DNA from: Chrysomallon squamiferum
Lineage: Eukaryota; Animalia; Mollusca
Assembly: GCA_012295275.1 (NCBI GenBank)
Contig: CM022674.1
Span: forward strand, 16,802,001 to 16,866,000
Direction: 5' to 3'
Length of the DNA stretch: 64,000 bases
Of the stretch, positions 50,782 to 64,000 are shown one piece after another (position 1 is the stretch's first letter; each line of letters opens with the position of its first letter). Both the position numbers and the translations under genes were made by a program. The notes below the pieces were generated by a model. The model did not search any database and was not told the DNA's origin. It worked only from the letters and a program-made list of their open reading frames with translations.

Positions 50782-51410
50782 TACTTTACAAATTATTTGT
50801 ATATAATTCATCTGTTTACATTTTAAACACAAATTAAATCCAAAAATAAAACAAGTAAAAATTAATGATCCAAATATACAAATTTATCTATTTATCTGAT
50901 TTTCGTTTATTTACATGTCATAAATAATTAAATAAACAAACTGTTGCTAAGTTTATGTTTAATAAATAATAATCTTAATATAATTTACTTACAGGTAGGG
51001 CTCCCCCGATGAAGTGTGTCCTTACTGATAGAGATCATGTGAAATCAATTCTTTCTACAGAGGTATGATGGGAAATATATTTTAGAAAACTAAAATCCAC
51101 AGCTATGAACTACATTGTTTATAGTTCTTGAATTCATTGTCAGAAAAAACTAAAAAAAACGAGAAAATCTGAACACACTGAGAGTGGTGTGTTATACATG
51201 CCAGTTAACTTTTTAACATATCTAGTGTTAAATTATGTTAAAACACCAGACTTCAATGTTTTCATTAACTCTTCGTAAAATATACAGCTATAACAATTCA
51301 TCACAACAAATAAATAAATAAAGTTAAACTATTTGTTTTTCTCTCTATTTAAACCAGTGCCAGACTAATTTCTCTGAACCGCGTCACCCTTCAGAAACAG
51401 AAAGTAATTC

Positions 51411-54298
<2,888 letters not shown>

Positions 54299-54498
54299 AT
54301 AATAATGATGATAAATAATAATAATAAGAAGAAGAAGACAGGATCGACAAAACCTTCTACTTTCTTTTCTCTTTCATGTAAATCAAAGCGCATAACATAT
54401 TTAATTAATATTAAATATTTTTGTCAGTTTAACTTTTGTTTAGAACAAGACCATGAAAACTTTGTTTAGAACAAGTGTTTTTATGATGAATTCAAACT

Positions 54499-54570
<72 letters not shown>

Positions 54571-55118
54571 AAGTAGAGTTAATTACGTAAGTCACATTTG
54601 AAATCCAGTTTTGTATTTCTATATTTGGATGTGAACTTGCGCGCAGTATACGCATCATTTCAAGACTGTTAAACAAAACGCAGAGCTTTAAAAACAGGTT
54701 TTAAAGATCGTCCAAACATCAAAGACCCTCTAAGACAACAATGAGAGAGGAGAGAAAATTGCAGAGACCAGTTAGATGTCGTTCATGGGTCTGAACCACA
54801 TCTTTAAAACAATAGTTGTTAGAATTGAGCTCTATTTTCTATACGACACTGAGAAATCGGCTAAAAGGAGGACAGAAAACATGAAACAAATAAAACTGTC
54901 TCAAGCTCACAAAGGAGTACCACATTTAAACATGTAGATAAAACAAAAGATTTATAACGGTTACCTCACTGAAAAGAACAAACATTAAACTAGTTTTAAA
55001 CCTTACGTTTAAAGAATAGTGTCATCATCGTAGTCGTAGTCGTTGATACTGGTGTTTTATGTTAGAAAACTGATTGACACGAATGTGATTCTGATAATTA
55101 TAGAATGTTTACTTGTAG

Positions 55119-55240
55119 GTGATGCCCTGATAAACACTGTAACAGATAACGTTCGTCACAATGGTATGAGATTCTCTACAGAGGACAATGGTAACGCATG
55201 TGCTAATGGTTATAAGGGAGGCTGGGGGGACAACGACCTT
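55119..55240 (+). pseudogene. Orphan truncated FReD exon 5
   Basis: [39 protein letters not shown], then a deletion into the 40-bp repeat array. Confidence 0.85.
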
Positions 55241-56776
55241 AATTAAATTCGACCATGTTCTCTTTTTATCTGAAATTGTAACGACAATTTGACCATCTTC
55301 TGTTTTGACTTATATGTGTAATTCAAATCCAATTATCTTCTTTCGTCAATTACAACTGTAATAAAAATTTGACCATGTTCAGTTTTCAATTATAACTGTT
55401 ATGAAAATGTGGTCTTATTCTGTTTTGCACTGAAACTGTGTTGAAAATTCGACGGTCTGCGTGTTTGACGAAAAAATGTTTTGTTAGTTCAAATGAAACA
55501 ATAGTACTAGCCTAATGAAAACAAATTATTAACTAGAGAAATAAAAGAAAAATATAAAACACAATTCCAAGTGTGAGGAATGTTTTATTATTCAAAATAT
55601 TGTAAATAATGCCATTCAAATAAAAAAAAAAAAAAAATACAGTTTGTCAAATTAATGAAAAAAAGAAAGCCATTTGAAAGAAAAATATGAAAGAAAATAT
55701 TTGAATTATTAATGTGTTTTAGCTTTTAATTGATATAAATTCATCAACTACTAATTTTGAAACAGTTGCTAAAGGTAAATTTATAAGACGTGAAATTTAA
55801 TTTTATATTTGTTTTCTTTGGAAAAAGTTGTTAAATGTAAATTTACATAAAAAAATGTTGCTGAATTCTTTTATTTTAATTTGTTTTCTGGATAAAGATA
55901 AGTTTATGACAATAAAAAAAAAGATGAGAACTATTACTGATATTTGAAACGTTTCCCTGATATCGGTAGATTATAAGAATCGATCCCGGCTTTAGCCAGT
56001 CTTTTTTTCACCTTCAAATTCGTGTTTGTTTCTGTTGGTATGAGCTGTACTGTATTAAAGAGTTTGTAATAGGTTCCTAGCTGCTAATATAAAAGTGTAT
56101 TTTGTGAAGGAAAAATTCGTGAAACTTCTACCAGTGTTGATTCTGATTTTTAAGTTGTTTGCTATTCTGTCTGTAATAAAAGGAAAATATGTTCATGCTT
56201 CATGTATTTATTTATTTATCTGTTTGTTTTTTGTTGTTTTTTGTTCATTGGTTATAAAACAAGCATGATTATATAAAAAAAGTATTAAAATACTAAAAAA
56301 CACTTTCATTAAAGGAACAGGAAACAAACAATCAACAAAACAATACTAATATAAATATTACTACTACTACTACTACTAAACATAAGAAATAAATAAACAC
56401 ACCACGCACACACACACACACACACACACACAGATATATATGTATATGAGGCTGATTGTAAACACAATATCTAGTTTATGTAAAAACACATAAATATTTT
56501 AAATAACATCATCTCTTTGAAGACAAAACATTACTAGGAAAGTCGGTTCAGTTGATCCCACGTGACTCAGTTCAGTGGATGGTCATATATAAATTGATCA
56601 GTGTAATATTAGTCAATCTGAAAAATAACAAAACAGGTGAAGTAAGATAAATTATTTATTTGAATACAGTTCGATAAGTTCTACTGTGCTTAGTTTTCTT
56701 CTGACTGCGCATTGCTATTCTACATAAATAAATAAAAAAAAAAAAAAAAAAAATAAATAAAAGAATAATAATAATA

Positions 56777-56834
<58 letters not shown>

Positions 56835-56985
56835 TAAAAAAAAAAAAAATAAAATCAAATCAAATCAAATCAAATCAAAAACTTAACCAGACACTAAACA
56901 CTTGTATTATTATTATTATTATTTACATGGTCTGATCAACAACTTCCCTTTTTAACTCCTACTACGTATTGCTCCATTCATAAGC

Positions 56986-57905
56986 ATCTCTACAGTCAGA
57001 GGGAACACTTTCTGGAATAACAACAACATAAATTATCTCTTCACAGTCAGAGGGAACACTTTCTGGAATAACAACAACATAAATTATCTCTTCACAGTCA
57101 GAGGGAACATTTTCTCTAATAATAACATTAATTATTTCTAGACAGTCAGACTGAATTCTTTCTAAAACAATGATAGCATTAATTATCTATACAGTGTTAG
57201 ATGGAACACTTTCTGTAATAATAATAACATTTATCTCTACACAGATAGAGAGAACACTTTCTATAATAATAACATTATGTTTACCTAGGCAGATGGAATA
57301 TTATATAGTAGTAGTAGTAGTAGTAGTAATAATAATGATAAAAGTAATAAAGATAACAGCTGTAGTAGTCGGAATTCGAAAAGTCACCTAATAACATAAT
57401 CAATAGTGAAACTTGTAGTAGATAATGTATGTTAATATCGTCATCGGCAATGTGGTATTAAAGGAATAAAAAATATATATAAAAAAAATAAATATATATA
57501 CATAGTAATAGTAAATAAACAAAGGAATACGTATATAAATCAAGAATCTAAAGACAGAAAAACACAAACGAATACGGATATATTATAACATGTGATTCTG
57601 TTTCTGCCTCGCTAACAAACGAAAGAGATGTCAATGGTTTACAGTACAGAGAACACATGTCGTAGCCGTTGTTATATACGAAACCTTTACAGCCGACGTA
57701 GCTGGAACATTCTGTGATACAGTGGAGTTTATCGGACACGTTCAATTCTTTTGAAGGATTTTCTGCAGGTTTTTTTATGTTTGTACTTTGGTAAGTTTCG
57801 AAAAGTCTTACGAGTACTAAACACAGAATTGTCAGTAAAAACAACAATTATCAGAAATGCTAAAAAGCAGAAAAGTATCCCGTGCATCTTTCTCAGTATC
57901 TGCAT
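56986..57905 (-). pseudogene. PAN-FReD pseudogene copy J (exon 1 + acceptor ladder)
   Basis: ATG at 57905; +1 frameshift in an A7 run (~57770); PAN core HCITECSSYVGCKGFVYNNGYDMCSLY; donor GT->TT; acceptor-repeat units at ~57300-56986. Confidence 0.85.
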
Positions 57906-58678
57906 TTTATCAATGATTTCAGTGCTATCTTCTGTTCAGAACAAAATCAGTTTGATTGTATAAAGAGATTTTAATTGTTATTTCACAGAGCCAAATAAGC
58001 TATTATTTATTTCTACTAAATTTTCTAAGAATTTTCACCAAATCTGTTTCTGTTCAAAGAGAATCAACAATTAACATCAAACAATAGCTGATAGATATTT
58101 TGTAAGAGTTTCTAGAGGTTTGAAAATCTTTTCTTAAAGAACTGTTCCTCGTAAACCACACGTGTTAAATTCAATCAACCAATCTCGTACTGATTACACA
58201 ATCTTGTTGCTGTATCGGCTTCTAGCTAATGATAAATCTACAACTTAACATTTTGCTGTTGCAGGCTATCAAACTAAGTAAAACCCCGAAACAAATTAAC
58301 CGTATGACGTAAACTTCTGTTTTCTACTGAGAGCTGAAGTATTTGATGCTACGGTGAATATGATTAATGTAATTAATAATGTAGTGGTTATGTGACTCTT
58401 TGTTTTGTTTTCCTTTTCTGTTGTAGTTATCTTTGCATCGTGTTTCTTTAGCCAGCAAAATGATTTTTTAGAAAAAGAAATCACTTGAAAAATAAACATT
58501 TCTTAATTTTCCAGGATTTCAGTAACCCTTCTGTCTGTCTATCCACCAATGTATCATCGATCTACCCACCCCATGTTCATAGACTCAAACACACCAGTAC
58601 ACGTCCAGAACATTTTTCTAATGATGTATACAGAGCATTAAGCTAAAATATGAAACCATGTGAATTATTTATTTCCTA

Positions 58679-58722
<44 letters not shown>

Positions 58723-60109
58723 ATAGAATATTCCAGTTACATCTATAAACTAATTAAATTTTATTATTAATGACTATTTCTCAGGTTATATATATGTAAC
58801 CTACTTTATTGGTTTGAACAGAAACTTTTTTTTATTACATTCGTATTTGTTTGTGTGACTTTATATAAAAACTATAGTATGTTGTTGTACACTGTATAAA
58901 ACAGTTTGTAAAAGATACCTCGCTGCTGATATAAAAATATGTTTTGTGAAGGAAAAATACCTGAAAGTTCTCCCATTGTTGATTCCAGATTTAATAAATA
59001 TTTCTTATTATCTCTTTAATAGAATTTTTTTTTTTTAATTAATTAATTTATTTATTTTTTTTCTTCTTTTATTGTCTGTTTGACTGTTTATTTATTTGTA
59101 TGTTCTTTAATTGTCTTTATTGTTTATTCGTTGATATATTTATTTGATTATTTGTGTTTCGTTTATTCATTTATTTATTTATTTTTATTAACATTTGATC
59201 ATTCATAATTTCTTATATTTTTTACTTGAATATTCAGTATAATATAATAAATAGTTTACATAATATATTTTAATAATAAGTATAGCATTTGATCACTTGA
59301 ATATCCAGAAAAAAATATGATAATAAATATTTTGCATTTCTCCATATGTAATATATTATTATTATGATTACTTAAATTTGCATATTTATAATAAGTATTT
59401 CTTTTATTTTTGCATTAGAATTTATGATATATTATTATACTAATAAGGATACATATGCTTGTTCGTATTATTTAACATTTGCATATTGCTAAAAACTGTA
59501 TTTGCATATTAGTTATAAGTGTTGCATATGGATGACGTGCTTATCGCTTTCATTATTGTGGTAAATATTGTCGCTGAATGGGAAATAACTGAACTGTGAT
59601 AAAATTAGATGAAATTCAGGCAGTATGTTGAATCAAATGTCACAACAGTTTCAGGTTAGACCTAAAATATGACTGATTTATCAGTCACTGAAAGTGTTCA
59701 CCTTATTCCTAATTTGTTATAATTATCGTTTTACATTTCGGTATTGATAATAATTATAGCTGAAAAATTATTCTGTATACGTGCATTTTAAATTAAATGT
59801 AATTTGTTACTATTAAACATTACAATTATTAATAAGAACATTTGAAATGATTATTTCAAATGTTCTTATTAATAATAATTATGTTTAATGATTATTAATT
59901 TTCAGATGAATGTTTGTAATTAATTATCAGTGAAATTAACTTCTAAATTTACTGTGATAGTGTGCCTACTACAGGCATGATTGAAACTTGAGAATAAAAT
60001 CATTACAAACTATTACCTGATTATCCTTTTAATAATTTGTTAAAATATATTTGATTTCTTTGTTAACTATTTATCTCTATTCCATTTTTGTCAGAACTGA
60101 TTACACGTA

Positions 60110-61390
60110 TATCTTTCAACAGAATGTTTTAACTAGAAACCATTCACTGGGACACATGAATAAATATTACACATGTTTGTATATGTTTGTTTAGTATACC
60201 TTTTATGGAGAAAAACCGAGGACTTTATTTGGCATTTATACTGTTGTAATATGATAACAACATGTATAGTACACTAGGCAATTTGTACGCTTTACAGTTA
60301 ACAACGTTTGCCCAAAATGTAATCACCTCCCTAATTCACTATAAACCACAAAGCTTTTTGTTCACTTCTTAACACATAATATATATTTGCAAAATTTTAG
60401 ATGAAATCTTTCAATTATATTGTAATTACTAAAACCCCAGATTTCACATCCATAGAATATTATTGGTTTTATAAATCTAGGCAAACAAATCTGACAGTTC
60501 ATTGATATATTAAATTGTAAATTTTGTTTTTAATATAGCAAACTTTTACTTTGAAGTTAAGTTGAATAAATTTTTCTTAATATTTATGAAGGATGCAGAT
60601 TTACTTAAAACAAGGTCGAGGTATTTAACATCACTATCAGTTTATATTTCCATATTATTATATGTAAATCTATAAGTATTTGTTTTTAAATTGCCTCTGG
60701 CAAAAATCTTAATTTTTCAGTTTGGAGTAGAATCTCTTAATTTCCATGTTTTAGAATATATTTCAAAACACTGTAGTTGATGTTGTAAGTCTTCTGTTGC
60801 TAAACATTGTGCTAAAATTAATTAATTATATCTCCTTGCCTTATTCCAGTATTGCCGTTATGTACAGTTCTTGATTTTATACCGTCGTACATATTAATTG
60901 TTTTTCTGAAACATTTCCTATTAATATCGTAACTTAATAGTTACTGTCATGAAACAAAAGGTTATACACAATCAAAGGCTTCTTAAACATCTATAAAAAC
61001 ACAGTACATATTTTTACCTGTTTAAATATAATGGAAATAAAAAATGTGAAAGTTCTCTCCTTGCCTTATTCCAATATTGCCAAACAAAATATTCTGATAT
61101 ACTGCTGTCATGTACAATTCTTGATTTTATACCGTCGTATATTTTAAATATTATTCTGAAACATTTCCCATTAGTATCGTGATATTTTTTTTACCATAAA
61201 TGAATAGGCCATACAGATTCAAACACATTTTGAAAATCGATAAAAGAATAGTATATACTTTTCTTCGTTCTCTTTACTAATTCAAATAAAGTTTGTACTA
61301 CAAAAACGTTATCAGTTGTAGAGTAATCTTATCGAAAGCCAGACTGACTTTTTCCCAGTAATTCAACTTGATCAGGGAAAAACGTTAGAC
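60110..61390 (-). mobile_element. Degenerate non-LTR retrotransposon
   Basis: Minus strand reads PIIFYGCEIWGFSNYNIIERFHLKFCKYI, FVVYSELG, VKYLDL and FIDFQNVF. Confidence 0.75.
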
Positions 61391-62871
61391 AACAAGATGA
61401 TGATGATGCGACGATAATGACGATGAAATTAATAAGAAAAATAATAAGAAAGATGTAAATATGAAAAACGTAAATCATTAATTATTGTTACTGTTCTGTC
61501 AAAGAGATGGCTATAAATTATTTAATAATGATCATTTATGTTACTGTGGTTGTACTGAAGATTTTAGAAACTGATTCTTCCTACGCTTTATTTAAATATA
61601 TCTATGTACCCATCCATATAGACTATTATACTTACATTAATAACCTACCTACCTACTTAAATATCTTCACACATACATACATACGTACGTACTTGCACAG
61701 ATACATACATATTTACGTGCGAAGTGACATCATGCCTACAACCACACACACATAGTTTTATACCTACTTAATACATTGTCTGTACAGACATATATACATA
61801 TATGCATACATACATATATAAAAAATGCATGAATACATATATACATATACTTCTATGCTCTAGAAGCATTAATACTCTAATTAAATTATTTTATAGAGAT
61901 AACTGAAATATTCTAACACATCAAACAAATAGTATGAAATAAATAATTCACTTGTTTTCGTGTTAAATTAATACTCATTAGTAAAAAAGCATATACGTGT
62001 ACCAGTGTGTTTGAGTCTGTGGATATGGGGTGGGTAGTTCGATGGACATATTCGTTCATAGATGTAAAGAGGGATTGCTGAAATCCTGCAAAGTAAAGAA
62101 TTGTTTATTTTAAAATTTTATTTATATATCCCACACAGTATACACTTACAAATATATTAATAAAATAAAAGAACAGTAACGGCAACAAAAGCAACAAAAG
62201 AACTGCAACAGAAATTAAAAACAAATAAACAAAACATCCACATAAACACCCCCTAGTAACAAAAACCAACAAAGATACAGCAACAAAAATACCAAAACAG
62301 AACAAACGTTTCGCCCAAAACCAATATCTGAAGCAAGACAGAAAGAAACAAGAAATCAAGCAGAGGCAGAAGCAAAAGGAAGATATGAGAAATTCTGCTA
62401 GTTCAGCAAGCGTAGATATTAAGTTTTTAAAGACGAACAAATCATAATTCAAATGATCATTTCCCTGATGACTATTAAACGAATAAACAATTCTGTTCGG
62501 CTACTATTTCTTTCAGTTGAATTCAAAGAATCAATACGAATTACACAAAAACCCATAATCATTGCATTATTAATTACATTAACCATATTCACTGTACCAT
62601 CAAAAACTAGTTTGCCAAATGTGATTACCATACTCTTTGTCTTCTATATGTTTCAGCTGAAGTGAGACATGCTGCAGGAGTTCTTAAAAAGGTTTTATGT
62701 AACACAGGATGAACTATTTCTGTTCTGGACTGTCACACGGTTAATATATTCGATGTGTTGAGTTCATGCATTTATTTGTAAACTTTTACTTCTGAATTAT
62801 GCATTTATAGTCTTTGTATGCGAATTTATTAATTGACATTGTCATCGCTGCTGTTGTTATTATTATAACAG

Positions 62872-64000
<1,129 letters not shown>

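Larger units (their letters stand above)
54630..57960 (-). repeat. Inverted segmental duplicate of ~6566-11700 (with internal deletions)
   Basis: 55000-56660 mirrors 11350-9360; 56690-56970 mirrors 8700-8370; 56990-57300 mirrors 7370-7000; 57540-57960 mirrors 6900-6566. Confidence 0.88.

Noticed and set aside
50993-51056. Further AG/GT-bounded IgSF cytoplasmic exon
   Set aside because: It contains a stop in the expected phase and lies beyond the 51411 stop; not supportable.

Overview
AT-rich, microsatellite-laden, intron-containing animal DNA; an invertebrate, plausibly a mollusc (inference only). There is a 200-N scaffold gap at 33055-33254. The window is dominated by a birth-and-death cluster of 5-exon genes encoding a hydrophobic leader, a PAN/apple domain and a fibrinogen-related domain (FReD). 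Only one copy (23589-26089, 323 aa when spliced by hand) is intact. About ten pseudogenes or exon fragments surround it on both strands, produced by direct and inverted segmental duplications. Both ends of the FReD coding region are amplified into minisatellites: an in-frame 51-bp ladder of splice acceptors at the start and a 40-bp array seeded by the last 13 codons. Also present are a 5'-truncated Ig-superfamily type I membrane receptor gene, a decayed C-type-lectin/mucin-stalk gene with a 48-bp coding repeat, non-LTR, Tc1 and Ginger/KRBA2-like transposon relics, a 221-bp hairpin, and a ~3.8-kb foldback built from two divergent tRNA-derived units with mirror-image satellite tails. All alignments and translations were done by eye, so boundaries of degenerate features are approximate.
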